Below, piece after piece: positions 25,885 to 34,068 of a stretch of DNA of 49,009 bases. The first letter of the stretch is position 1; each line of letters opens with the position of its first letter. The DNA is from a bacterium (GTDB taxonomy: Bacteria; Actinomycetota; Acidimicrobiia; Acidimicrobiales; Ilumatobacteraceae), in the NCBI GenBank assembly GCA_013205145.1, contig JABMMV010000047.1, forward strand, positions 1 through 49,009, given 5' to 3'. The notes beneath the pieces were generated by a model. That model was given only the letters and a program-made list of their open reading frames with translations. It did no database searches and was not told where the DNA came from. The position numbers and the translations under genes are program-made.

Positions 25885-27006
25885 ATGACTTCGCCCGATC
25901 GAGCACTAGACCCAGAAGCCCTGAAGCTTTTCTCCTTTAATGTTTTCTCGCAGCTATCAGGCGCCGTAACCGCGGGCATGATTCATATCGGCGATCAATT
26001 GGGTTTGTATCGCATTCTGGCGGCATCTGACGGTTTGACGAGCAACGGTATTGCGCAGGCAGCACACCTTTCTGAACGATGGGTAAGAGAGTGGTGCGCT
26101 AATCAGGTAGCGGCGCGAATTGTGACTGCGGGGTATTCATATGAAGCTCACGAGGCTGCCGGGCACATTGACGAAAACACAACTTACAAACTCACACCCG
26201 AAGCAGTAGCAGTGTTGGCGAATGAAGAGCATCCAGCATTTGGCATGGGTATGTTCCATCGTCTGCCCGCTACCTTTGACAGACTGAAAGACTTGCCGGA
26301 ATCGTTTCGTACTGGTGTCGGTTTCGATTACGACGCGCACGGACCAGATGGTGCAGTTGGCATTGAACGCTCTTTTGAACCATGGAGCAATGCCTTTCTC
26401 ATAGATCTTGTACTCCCAACTCTGACCGGTGTAATCGACAAATTAAGAACAGGCATCAGCGTTGTAGACATTGGATGCGGAGCTGGGTCGGCTGTGTTGC
26501 TCATGGCGAAGCAGTTCCCGAAGAGCACCTTTGTAGGTATTGATATATCTGAGCATGCGCTTGCTAGGGCGGCGGAAAAGTTGGTTCAATCGGGTCTCAG
26601 CAACGTGAATTTTATGAATGCGAAAACGTCAGATTTGCCCAAGAGCTCTTCAATTGACTTCGTTACAACATTTGATTGCATTCACGATATGACGTATCCA
26701 CGAAAAATGATTGCAGATATATACCGGATGTTAAAAGAAGATGGATCATGGCTTCTCGTCGACATTAAAGCTGGCAATACGCTGCAGGAGAACGTCAGTA
26801 AAAACCCTATGGCCGCATTAATGTATGGAATCAGTGTTCTCTCTTGCATGGCTTCTGCTTTGTCGGATCACAATGGAGAAGGGCTCGGAACACTTGGTTT
26901 TCCATCACTTTTAGCTGAGGATTTCGCACGTCAAGCTGGTTTTAGTTCCTTTCAACAATTAGATATTGCACACTCTGTTAACGCCTTTTATGAGATTCGG
27001 AAATAG
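25885..27006 (+). CDS. Class I SAM-dependent methyltransferase with N-terminal winged-helix-like dimerisation domain
   Basis: 373 aa. Motif I VVDIGCGAGSAVLLMA. Overall architecture resembles Rv2258c-type methyltransferases. Confidence 0.8.
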   Translation: MTSPDRALDPEALKLFSFNVFSQLSGAVTAGMIHIGDQLGLYRILAASDGLTSNGIAQAAHLSERWVREWCANQVAARIVTAGYSYEAHEAAGHIDENTTYKLTPEAVAVLANEEHPAFGMGMFHRLPATFDRLKDLPESFRTGVGFDYDAHGPDGAVGIERSFEPWSNAFLIDLVLPTLTGVIDKLRTGISVVDIGCGAGSAVLLMAKQFPKSTFVGIDISEHALARAAEKLVQSGLSNVNFMNAKTSDLPKSSSIDFVTTFDCIHDMTYPRKMIADIYRMLKEDGSWLLVDIKAGNTLQENVSKNPMAALMYGISVLSCMASALSDHNGEGLGTLGFPSLLAEDFARQAGFSSFQQLDIAHSVNAFYEIRK

Positions 27007-28095
27007 TTATTTCTTCTTGCAAGCATCAACTGCTTTAACGATGGGAAACGGGTTCACAGCGGCTCCACCTTTGGGGTGAACTTCGAAATGCAGGTGGTTG
27101 GTATTCGTGTTGCCAGTTGAACCAACAAATCCAATTATTTGTCCGGCCTTTACTGCAGTTCCAGCGGTAATGCCGGGAGCAATTGAATCAAGGTGGGCGT
27201 AGAAGAAGTAAGTTCTATCTGCAGTTGTAAGGCGTAAGGCGTTGCCAGATAACGAACTAGTAGCGGCATCATAAGCTCGTGTGATGGTGCCATCACTGAC
27301 GGCGAGCAATGGTGTTCCACGATTCGCAATGATGTCAACACCTTCGTGAAGACGTGTTGCGCCGCGTGCCTCTTGCCAAGTGTCAATGAAGTAGCAAGCG
27401 GGTTGCACAGGAAATACTGCAATTGTTACATCGAGAACTGGGCGGGGGAGAAGACCAAGCTCAATTGCCGTGTCTACGTCAACCTTGCCCGTTGCAACAA
27501 TGTTCTTTATTTTTTGAAATGAGGTGATTGAAGCTTTTGTTCCATTACCAAATACTCCGTCAGCGCCACCCTTGACTTCGACGCCAGCAAGAATGAGCGC
27601 GTTTTGCAACATCGCAACAGGTTCACCCTTTGCGCCTATGACAGGAAGTGTCTCTGGAGTAAAAGTGAGAATTGCAACCGGAGCTGGGGCAGGAGTTACT
27701 ACTGGTGTTGCTACCGGTGCTGGTACTGGCGCAACTACTGGTGCAGCTACTGGGGCTGCAGTCAAAAGACCAAGTACCTTCGCAGTCTTGCGGTCAAGGT
27801 TTCCCGTTGCCTTCAGGCCAACAACTTTCTGGAATGAACGCAATGTGGCACGTGTGCGCGGGCTGAAGGTTCCGTCGACCCCGCCCACAAGGGTGAAACC
27901 GTTTTTGAGGAGAGCAGCTTGCAGCGACTTCACATTCTCGCCGACCTCACCAAACTTCGGCAGCCGGACACTTTGAGCCTGAACAGGAGTTGACGTAGCG
28001 GCAGACGCGCCTGTGGCACCAAATGCCGAAATAGCGATCGTGGCGACTAAAGCGATGGTTAAGGTCTTGATTGCTGAGGTGTGAGAAATACGCAT
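27007..28095 (-). CDS. Secreted M23 (LytM) peptidase with two PG_binding_1 domains
   Basis: Signal peptide. Two peptidoglycan-binding repeats (GENVKSLQAALLKNGF..., GEPVAMLQNALILAGV...) joined by a Pro/Ala/Val linker. M23 motifs HEGVDI and GNTNTNHLHFEVH. AAGGAG SD upstream. Confidence 0.88.
   Translation of the reverse strand: MRISHTSAIKTLTIALVATIAISAFGATGASAATSTPVQAQSVRLPKFGEVGENVKSLQAALLKNGFTLVGGVDGTFSPRTRATLRSFQKVVGLKATGNLDRKTAKVLGLLTAAPVAAPVVAPVPAPVATPVVTPAPAPVAILTFTPETLPVIGAKGEPVAMLQNALILAGVEVKGGADGVFGNGTKASITSFQKIKNIVATGKVDVDTAIELGLLPRPVLDVTIAVFPVQPACYFIDTWQEARGATRLHEGVDIIANRGTPLLAVSDGTITRAYDAATSSLSGNALRLTTADRTYFFYAHLDSIAPGITAGTAVKAGQIIGFVGSTGNTNTNHLHFEVHPKGGAAVNPFPIVKAVDACKKK
27672..27765. 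repeat. Low-complexity imperfect tandem repeat (ggtgc/ggtac units) encoding the (A/V/T)P-rich linker of the M23 protein
   Basis: The plus strand reads ...ggagctggggcaggagttactactggtgttgctaccggtgctggtactggcgcaactactggtgcagctactggggctgca. It translates on the minus strand to AAPVAAPVVAPVPAPVATPVVTPAPAPVA. Confidence 0.7.
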
Positions 28096-28185
28096 GTGTT
28101 GCTCCTTGTGTGATCCACAAGAAACAACGGCACTCCTGAAAGGAACTTGAATAAATTCTCACTTAAAATATTTATATAAACACTA

Positions 28186-28237
28186 AGAGTGATATATACG
28201 ACAGAAAGGCCACTATCAGTCATTCCAATATCACTCT
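28186..28237. repeat. Perfect 10-bp inverted repeat AGAGTGATAT-N32-ATATCACTCT upstream of the M23 peptidase gene
   Basis: Arms at 28186-28195 and 28228-28237. It lies between the intrinsic terminator and an AT-rich stretch (28150-28185) that probably holds the M23 promoter. Confidence 0.6.
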
Positions 28238-28243
28238 GGGCAT

Positions 28244-28275
28244 AAAAAAAGAGACCCACCAAAGGTAGGTCTCTT
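28244..28275 (-). terminator. Rho-independent terminator of the NTF2-like gene (28298..28705)
   Basis: Minus-strand RNA: aaGAGACCUACC-uuu-GGUGGGUCUCuu followed by a U-run (7 T in DNA). The stem is 10-12 bp with one G-U pair. It lies 23 nt after the stop codon. Confidence 0.8.
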
Positions 28276-28297
28276 CATGGCTGTGGTGCCAAATGGC

Positions 28298-28705
28298 TTA
28301 GTTGCGTTCGATAATTTCCAAAATTCTCTCTGCAAAGAGCCATTCGCCATCAATTTTCACGTATTGGTCGATGTATTTGGCAAGTAGATCGCCGCGTGTA
28401 CCGTCGGTACGTTCATAGCGCTCCCGAACGACCACATGGCCCGAACCGGTGCCATTTGCTTCGTCAATGTTGAGGGAAAAGTGTTCCGCAGTTTGAATGG
28501 TCCAGTTGAATGCACCCATAGCTGTGGTCCACAGGTCGACGATTGCTTTTTTGCCAAGTACTTCACGACCCATGCCGAGGTTCCAATGTGCATCGACAGA
28601 CCAAGTAGCCCCCCAAATGCTCGCATCACGACGAATGACCCCGTCGCAATACTGATCAACGAGCCTGCGGATCGCAATTTCTGTTTCGATTGATAATTTG
28701 GTCAC
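28298..28705 (-). CDS. NTF2-like / SnoaL-like domain protein
   Basis: 135 aa. IRRLVDQYCDGVIRRDASIWGATWSVDAHW... is typical of SnoaL_4/NTF2 cone-fold proteins. GTG start. Confidence 0.6.
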   Translation of the reverse strand: MTKLSIETEIAIRRLVDQYCDGVIRRDASIWGATWSVDAHWNLGMGREVLGKKAIVDLWTTAMGAFNWTIQTAEHFSLNIDEANGTGSGHVVVRERYERTDGTRGDLLAKYIDQYVKIDGEWLFAERILEIIERN

Positions 28706-28798
28706 GCCGTATCTACTTTCATCTTAAGAACTTGTAATAGTTCAAATGGTAGTGACTTTGTTGTCGTCACGGTTTGTCGGAGATTTACCATCCGGGTC

Positions 28799-28804
28799 TA
28801 ACGT
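28799..28804 (+). promoter_or_regulatory. -10 box TAACGT, 6 nt before ATG 28811
   Basis: TANNNT with a 6-nt spacer (ggatct). No SD. Confidence 0.5.
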
Positions 28805-28810
28805 GGATCT

Positions 28811-29263
28811 ATGTCGTCTACCAAGGTAGTTACCTTCGATGAGTTGTTGAACGAATCAAGTCGCTTTGGTCGTAGTGCTTACATCGCTTCTGTCTCAAAG
28901 GCGTCTATTCCTTTCGTTTCGCCAGTGACTTTTTCTTGGTTTGGTGAAGATCTCTTAACTTTTCTCGCAAGCAATGAGCAAAAAGTTAAGAATTGCCGTG
29001 TTAATTCTGAGGTCAATATTCATTTTCCTGTTTCGCTGGAAAATAATTGGGACAGTTTTCTTTTATGGGGTACAGCACAGATCATCTCAGATACACAAGG
29101 CAGAGAGTTCCTTTGGGACAAAATGGGATACGACTGCAACCTCTTTGAACCTGGGGGTCCAAGTGCCGATACGCATGTGTTCATGCAGATTCGCCTTCAC
29201 AAGGGTCTCATATTGCGCCGCTACGGGATAGACGGTCGAGAGGTGTGGAGACGTGAATCGTAA
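28811..29263 (+). CDS. Pyridoxamine 5'-phosphate oxidase-like (PPOX-fold) protein
   Basis: 150 aa. Small split-barrel-like sequence (SAYIASVSKASIPFVSPVTFSWFGEDLLTF...). Weak assignment by eye. Confidence 0.45.
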   Translation: MSSTKVVTFDELLNESSRFGRSAYIASVSKASIPFVSPVTFSWFGEDLLTFLASNEQKVKNCRVNSEVNIHFPVSLENNWDSFLLWGTAQIISDTQGREFLWDKMGYDCNLFEPGGPSADTHVFMQIRLHKGLILRRYGIDGREVWRRES

Positions 29264-30155
29264 GATTTCACCACGCGCATACGAAAAGTTGTGCTTTGCT
29301 TCGTACGTATCGCTTTTCGTTATTGTTATTTCTGGTGGTCTCGTGCGCCTTACTGGTTCCGGATTGGGATGCAGCGACTGGCCGCAATGTAACTCTGAAA
29401 GATTTATCGACGTCTCTTCCGTGCACGGAGCAATCGAGCAGGTGAATCGACTATTCACTGGTGTGGTTGCCGTATTGGTCATTGCTGCAGTTTTGGGTTC
29501 ATTGTTTCTTGAAGAAAGAAAACGCTCGCTCACCCAACTGTCGCTTGGCCTAGTAGTCGGTGTACTGGCTCAAGTGATTCTTGGAGCAATTGTCGTTTTA
29601 ACGGGTTTGAACCCCTTCGCAAATATGGGGCACTTTCTGCTTTCCATGGTGCTTATAGGCAATGCAATTGTTTTATATCGCAAGTCGCGAATCGCAAAAA
29701 ACCCTGTCCTCGATTGTTCTTCGCGAGAAAGAAAATGCTTATTGGCTATCGGAGTTTTGTTTGGGTGTGCAGTCATATCTGGAACTGTTGTCACTGCAAC
29801 TGGTCCGCATGCCGGCGATGAGAACGCTGTGCGTTTCGGGTTCTCCATAACATCTGTTGCACGTGTGCATAGCTTTTTCGTTTTACTCTCACTACTTGTA
29901 CTGCTGCTTGTTCTACTCAAAGTGCGAAAAAGCCCCCAAGCGAGGGAGTTCCTCGAACAACGATTGGCAGCATTTCTAGGAGTAGGACTGCTTCAAGCGC
30001 TCGTGGGTTATGTTCAGTACTTCAACGGAATTCCAGTTATTTTGGTTGCAACGCACCTCTTTGGTGCAGCTCTCATTTGGTCGTTAGCAGTTGACACCAT
30101 CACTGTGTCGGGAAGTGGCTTATTGCATGCCAGAAACCAGTCATCGTCTCGTTAA
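29253..30155 (+). CDS. ctaA: Heme A synthase (COX15/CtaA family)
   Basis: 300 aa. FVIVISGGLVRLTGSGLGCSDWPQCN. Multi-TM with conserved His (HGAIE, MGHF, GPHAGD, RVHS, THLFG). GTG start overlaps the upstream stop region. Confidence 0.85.
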   Translation: MNRKISPRAYEKLCFASYVSLFVIVISGGLVRLTGSGLGCSDWPQCNSERFIDVSSVHGAIEQVNRLFTGVVAVLVIAAVLGSLFLEERKRSLTQLSLGLVVGVLAQVILGAIVVLTGLNPFANMGHFLLSMVLIGNAIVLYRKSRIAKNPVLDCSSRERKCLLAIGVLFGCAVISGTVVTATGPHAGDENAVRFGFSITSVARVHSFFVLLSLLVLLLVLLKVRKSPQAREFLEQRLAAFLGVGLLQALVGYVQYFNGIPVILVATHLFGAALIWSLAVDTITVSGSGLLHARNQSSSR

Positions 30156-31068
30156 TAATTTGCGCCACTGGCTTGACAGACGTGATTCGACCGGCGACTT
30201 GACCCGTCAGAGCAATAGATGATTCCATATCGCCCCCAAAATATAGGTCGGTCATATTGGCAAAATTTTCAAGACCAACGTGGTCTTCATGTTCAAGGAG
30301 AGTGGTTTTCTCGGTTCGTAGAGCACGTAATGCTGGTCGTGAAAACCGGTTGAGAAACACGGTGTCGGTTTCCTTAGCGTTAATAATTGCTTGCTTCCAA
30401 TTTTCGTGTACTGGGCTCTCTTTGGCAGACACCATGCGTGTTCCCATCTGCACGCCTTCTGCGCCTAACGCAAATGCGGCAGCCATCGATTTTCCATCTG
30501 TTATGCCGCCAGCAGCAATGACCGGAATTTCTACGTTTTCGCAGACCAAAGGAAGCAGCACCATTGTGGCCACATCTTTCGGGTTCTTGAAGCCACCGCC
30601 TTCGCCACCTTCAACCACCAGGCCATCAACTCCTGCATCTTGGGCTTTTAACGCTGCAGCCAATGTGGGCACGACGTGAAACACCTTGAGTCCGGCCGAT
30701 TTCAATTGTTTAGTGTACTTATTGGGGTCGCCAGCAGAGGTTGTCACTACACGTACGCCTTGCTCAACAACGAAATCGGCAATCGATTCATCACGCACAA
30801 AAAGTTGTGCAATATTGACGCCAAAGGGATGAGGCGTGAGTTCTTTCATTTGCAAAATTTCTCTGCGTACCGCGACGAGATCTCCTGAAGAGGTCTCAAT
30901 AATGCCAAGTGCTCCGGCATTAGACACGGCGGAGGCAAGTGCAGATCGAGCAATGTAGCCCATGGGCGCTTGAACGATGGGGTAGGGGATATTGAGAAGA
31001 TCCGTTATTCGATTGCGGATGGGCGACGGCATATTTTGTTCATCCGAATATATTTGCACATTTTGCAT
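30100..31068 (-). CDS. Nitronate monooxygenase (NMO, 2-nitropropane dioxygenase-like) FMN enzyme
   Basis: LLNIPYPIVQAPMGYIA, VVEGGEGGGF, IPVIAAGGITDG. The start may be ATG 31068 or ATG 31032. The 3' end overlaps ctaA by 56 nt. Confidence 0.85.
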   Translation of the reverse strand: MQNVQIYSDEQNMPSPIRNRITDLLNIPYPIVQAPMGYIARSALASAVSNAGALGIIETSSGDLVAVRREILQMKELTPHPFGVNIAQLFVRDESIADFVVEQGVRVVTTSAGDPNKYTKQLKSAGLKVFHVVPTLAAALKAQDAGVDGLVVEGGEGGGFKNPKDVATMVLLPLVCENVEIPVIAAGGITDGKSMAAAFALGAEGVQMGTRMVSAKESPVHENWKQAIINAKETDTVFLNRFSRPALRALRTEKTTLLEHEDHVGLENFANMTDLYFGGDMESSIALTGQVAGRITSVKPVAQIINETMTGFWHAISHFPTQ

Positions 31069-31072
31069 CGGC

Positions 31073-31078
31073 TAACTT
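31073..31078 (+). promoter_or_regulatory. -10 box TAACTT, 6 nt before ATG 31085
   Basis: TANNNT with a 6-nt spacer (atgtga). Its near-complement TAAGTT (31074-31079, minus strand) lies 5 nt before the divergent ATG 31068. Confidence 0.5.
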
Positions 31079-31084
31079 ATGTGA

Positions 31085-31903
31085 ATGGCTGATTCGGACA
31101 CACCTCAAGAAGTTCTCTATGAAGTTGCAGACCATATTGCAACAATTACGCTCAACGCTCCCGAGAGAATGAACACTATTTCTAGTGCAATGCTCGAACA
31201 GATGACTGAAGCATTTTTGCGTGCTGAGAAAGATAGTGATGTGCGCTGTGTCATTCTCACTGGTTCGGGAAGGGCATTTTGTGCAGGCCTCGATCTTGCT
31301 TCGCAGATGTCTGGCCCGAAAGATGCTTTGGGAGGTTTAGGTAGCATCGGCGCAGGAGCAGGAGAGTTCGACATACGTAATGCACCTCCCGTGGTGCTGC
31401 ACAATATGGATACGCCCACTATTTGTGCATTAAACGGAGGTGCTGCTGGATATGGCCTCGATATGGCTTTCGGATGCGATATTCGCATTGCAAGTGCAAC
31501 CGCAAAGCTGAATCCTGGTTTCGCAAAGCGTGGCATCGTTCCTGAAAGCGGCGGAACATGGTTGCTTCCCAGGATGATTGGTTACGCCAAGGCTGCCGAA
31601 ATTTCATTCACCGGCAAGACACTCACCGCCGATGAAGCATTATCGCTGGGCATTGTTAATCATGTAGTCGCCCCCGACCAATTGCTCACATTTACCCGCT
31701 CAATGGCAGCTGATGTTGCAAGCAATGCTCCACTTGCAGTGAGGGCAATCAAACGCATGATGAGAGCTGCTGAGACAGAGACATTTGAGCAAAACATTCA
31801 TCACGTGTTTTTACAGCTTTTGCCATTATTCAAAACTAAAGATTTCCAAGAAGGCGTTGCAGCATTCATGGAGAAGAGGGATCCTCATTTCATTGGAAAA
31901 TGA
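31085..31903 (+). CDS. Enoyl-CoA hydratase/isomerase (crotonase) family protein
   Basis: 272 aa. ITLNAPERMN, GSGRAFCAGLDL, and the C-terminal EGVAAFMEKRDPHF. Confidence 0.9.
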   Translation: MADSDTPQEVLYEVADHIATITLNAPERMNTISSAMLEQMTEAFLRAEKDSDVRCVILTGSGRAFCAGLDLASQMSGPKDALGGLGSIGAGAGEFDIRNAPPVVLHNMDTPTICALNGGAAGYGLDMAFGCDIRIASATAKLNPGFAKRGIVPESGGTWLLPRMIGYAKAAEISFTGKTLTADEALSLGIVNHVVAPDQLLTFTRSMAADVASNAPLAVRAIKRMMRAAETETFEQNIHHVFLQLLPLFKTKDFQEGVAAFMEKRDPHFIGK

Positions 31904-32408
31904 AGTCGAGTGGGCAGAGAACCTGCTCAAATTACGCCAGCCGTATTCACATAAGGATATTGAGGCAGGGCAACGTGCGCTGATGAAAACCGCTCATCCT
32001 GATGCAGGCGGCTCTCATGCTGCGTTCATAGAGGTGACCAGGGCTACGCAGATACTGCTGAACACAGAGCGAACTTCCAAACGAACATCAGATGTTTCCT
32101 ACGATGGGTCAAAAAGTGATCACCCATCTTTTACCATTGATGTTTTGCCAGTGGAAGCGTATGAGTACATTTATGTAGCCGCGAACGTATTAGGACAATT
32201 AGCAGACGAAGATCCTCCGTATTCGTTGCAGGTATTGCTGAATGATCCGCAGCATTGTTGGTGCTTGGTGACTGTTGTACCCGAAGCCGGAGGATCCATA
32301 GTGAGCATCACGGTCCATAATGCCGACGACAGTCAGAACCGAACATTCAATTTGGAGGCAATCCGTGACGTCTGGGTAAGCACTATCAATGAGGTGCAGC
32401 TGCCTTAA
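31893..32408 (+). CDS. Small J-domain (HPD motif) protein with uncharacterised C-terminal domain
   Basis: LLKLRQPYSHKDIEAGQRALMKTAHPDAGGSHAAFIEVTRATQILL reads as helix II, HPD, helix III of a J-domain. The only in-frame start upstream of it is TTG 31893, which overlaps the crotonase stop by 11 nt. The track ORF start at 31785 lies inside the crotonase gene. Confidence 0.55.
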   Translation: MENEVEWAENLLKLRQPYSHKDIEAGQRALMKTAHPDAGGSHAAFIEVTRATQILLNTERTSKRTSDVSYDGSKSDHPSFTIDVLPVEAYEYIYVAANVLGQLADEDPPYSLQVLLNDPQHCWCLVTVVPEAGGSIVSITVHNADDSQNRTFNLEAIRDVWVSTINEVQLP

Positions 32409-33360
32409 AGAGTCGATCACGAATGGCTTTTCCAATGTCGGTCGATTCAGGAAGTAATACAAGAATCTCATGAGGTTGAAGCGCATCTGCATCGCGCAGT
32501 AACGAATACAACTCTCGTGCATAAAGTTTCGGGTCTTCGTGCCCGGTTATGGAAACGTAAGGAACTTTGTTCACATCACATTGGTTTGCATAGGCGAAGA
32601 GCGAATCTTTGGTCTCGAATAATTTCACACCTGCACGCGGAGCGTAATGAGAAAGTTTCATTCCTGGAGCACGAGAATCTCCATTGATTTCTTCAGTGGC
32701 AATGACTCCAGTTGGTGTTAACGCTGCATTGACAAGGTCTAATGTAATTGCACCTTGACGAAGAATAGTGGGCGGGTTCACAGTGCAATCGACAATTGTT
32801 GATTCAATGCCAACTGCGCATTGTCCACCATCAATAATGGCGTCGATGAGATGACCCATATCGCTTAATACGTGTTCCGCAGTTGTTGGGCTAACGGAAC
32901 CGTAAAGATTTGCTGAAGGTGCTGCAATTGCCCCGGAAGCTATTTGCGAGAACGCGGCGAGCACCTTTTGAAATGTCTCGTGGGCAGGTACGCGTAGCGC
33001 TACCGTTTCTCGGCCTCCTGTTATTTCATCAATTACTTTGCTCGATCGTTTTACAAGAAGTGTGAGTGGTCCAGGCCAGAATGCAGATCCGAGAGTTTCT
33101 GCCACTTCATTAAAATCACTTGAAAATGTGCGCGCACTCTCGATGTTTGTTACATGGATGATGAGCGGGTGACCTGCTGGCCGTTTTTTTGCGGTAAAGA
33201 TTTTCTGTACTGCTGAGGAGTTGGTTGCATCGGCTCCCAGGCCGTAAACCGTTTCAGAAGGAACTGCTACTAATCCGCCTGAAGAAAGAATCTCTACGGC
33301 TTTGGCAATATCGGTAACGCTGTTCTGTAGTTGCAGACACTGGCGTGCTTCATCATTCAC
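32386..33360 (-). CDS. tsaC: L-threonylcarbamoyladenylate synthase (Sua5/YwlC/TsaC with Sua5 C-terminal domain)
   Basis: GGLVAVPSETVYGLGADA, KKRPAGHPLIIHV, GPLTLL, SANLYG, plus a roughly 120-aa Sua5 C-domain. GTG 33360 gives a GTGAATGA overlap with the upstream stop. Confidence 0.88.
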   Translation of the reverse strand: MNDEARQCLQLQNSVTDIAKAVEILSSGGLVAVPSETVYGLGADATNSSAVQKIFTAKKRPAGHPLIIHVTNIESARTFSSDFNEVAETLGSAFWPGPLTLLVKRSSKVIDEITGGRETVALRVPAHETFQKVLAAFSQIASGAIAAPSANLYGSVSPTTAEHVLSDMGHLIDAIIDGGQCAVGIESTIVDCTVNPPTILRQGAITLDLVNAALTPTGVIATEEINGDSRAPGMKLSHYAPRAGVKLFETKDSLFAYANQCDVNKVPYVSITGHEDPKLYARELYSLLRDADALQPHEILVLLPESTDIGKAIRDRLFKAAAPH

Positions 33361-34048
33361 GAAAATTCTCTTCCAGCCATTGAACCAAAGCATCAATGAA
33401 ACTAAACGAGTTGGGTGTAGCGAAATGATCGGTGCGCGGAAGAATTTTCAGCGTTGATGAGGGCATTGCTGAACTGAGTTTTGCAGAAGGGAAAGCGAAG
33501 TCCTTATCGCCAATGGCGACAAGAGAAGGCTGTGTCAAAGTAGATAAACCAGCTGTAGTTATATCTTCTGATGGGGTCCGTCTTAATACTGCTGCAAGTG
33601 CAACCGGATCATTATCTTCTCTATTGCCATATTGTCCGAATAATCGAGCGACGTTGTCGCTGGGGTCAGCACGGCCTTCTAACCCCGCAAGGATCCTTTC
33701 GGTTTCCTCAGGCTGACGAGGCTCGAAGACTCCGTCGCCTATTCCGGCGAAACACAGACCAATAAAGCGCTGAGGAGAACGAATAGCGGCTCTTGCCAAA
33801 GTGAGTGCTCCTAGGGAAAAGCCAACCGCTATGACGGGTTCCAGAGGGAGCTGCGACAAGAGGTAACCCGCTAGATCTGCATATGCTGCAGGCTCATGGG
33901 GTTTTTCTGCGGTGCCGTGACCGAGAAGGTCGACGCCCTTTACAAGGAAACCAGATTCGGACACGATGTCGGTTACGCCCGGCTCTTGCCACGTACTTAG
34001 GAAAGATCCGCCCCATCCATGGACGAGAACCACTGTTTTCTGACTCAT
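33353..34048 (-). CDS. Alpha/beta hydrolase
   Basis: 231 aa. VVLVHGWGGS oxyanion region and nucleophile elbow GFSLG. Confidence 0.8.
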   Translation of the reverse strand: MSQKTVVLVHGWGGSFLSTWQEPGVTDIVSESGFLVKGVDLLGHGTAEKPHEPAAYADLAGYLLSQLPLEPVIAVGFSLGALTLARAAIRSPQRFIGLCFAGIGDGVFEPRQPEETERILAGLEGRADPSDNVARLFGQYGNREDNDPVALAAVLRRTPSEDITTAGLSTLTQPSLVAIGDKDFAFPSAKLSSAMPSSTLKILPRTDHFATPNSFSFIDALVQWLEENFRE

Positions 34049-34055
34049 AGAGGCA

Positions 34056-34061
34056 TATCCT
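34056..34061 (+). promoter_or_regulatory. -10 box TATCCT, 7 nt before GTG 34069
   Basis: TANNNT with a 7-nt spacer, inside a 20-nt divergent intergenic region. Confidence 0.4.
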
Positions 34062-34068
34062 AAGACAA

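Noticed and set aside
27672-27765. Short-period repeat that might suggest a CRISPR or VNTR locus.
   Set aside because: The units are 9-12 nt, imperfect, in-frame, and encode a Pro/Ala/Val linker inside a clear CDS. There is no repeat-spacer architecture.
28096-28243. Possible cyclic-di-AMP (ydaO-type) or other riboswitch in the M23 peptidase leader.
   Set aside because: The leader available downstream of the likely promoter is only about 50-100 nt and very AT-rich. I could not recognise the conserved GC-rich helices of that riboswitch class. I kept it only as an unexplained inverted repeat, and an Infernal scan is needed.
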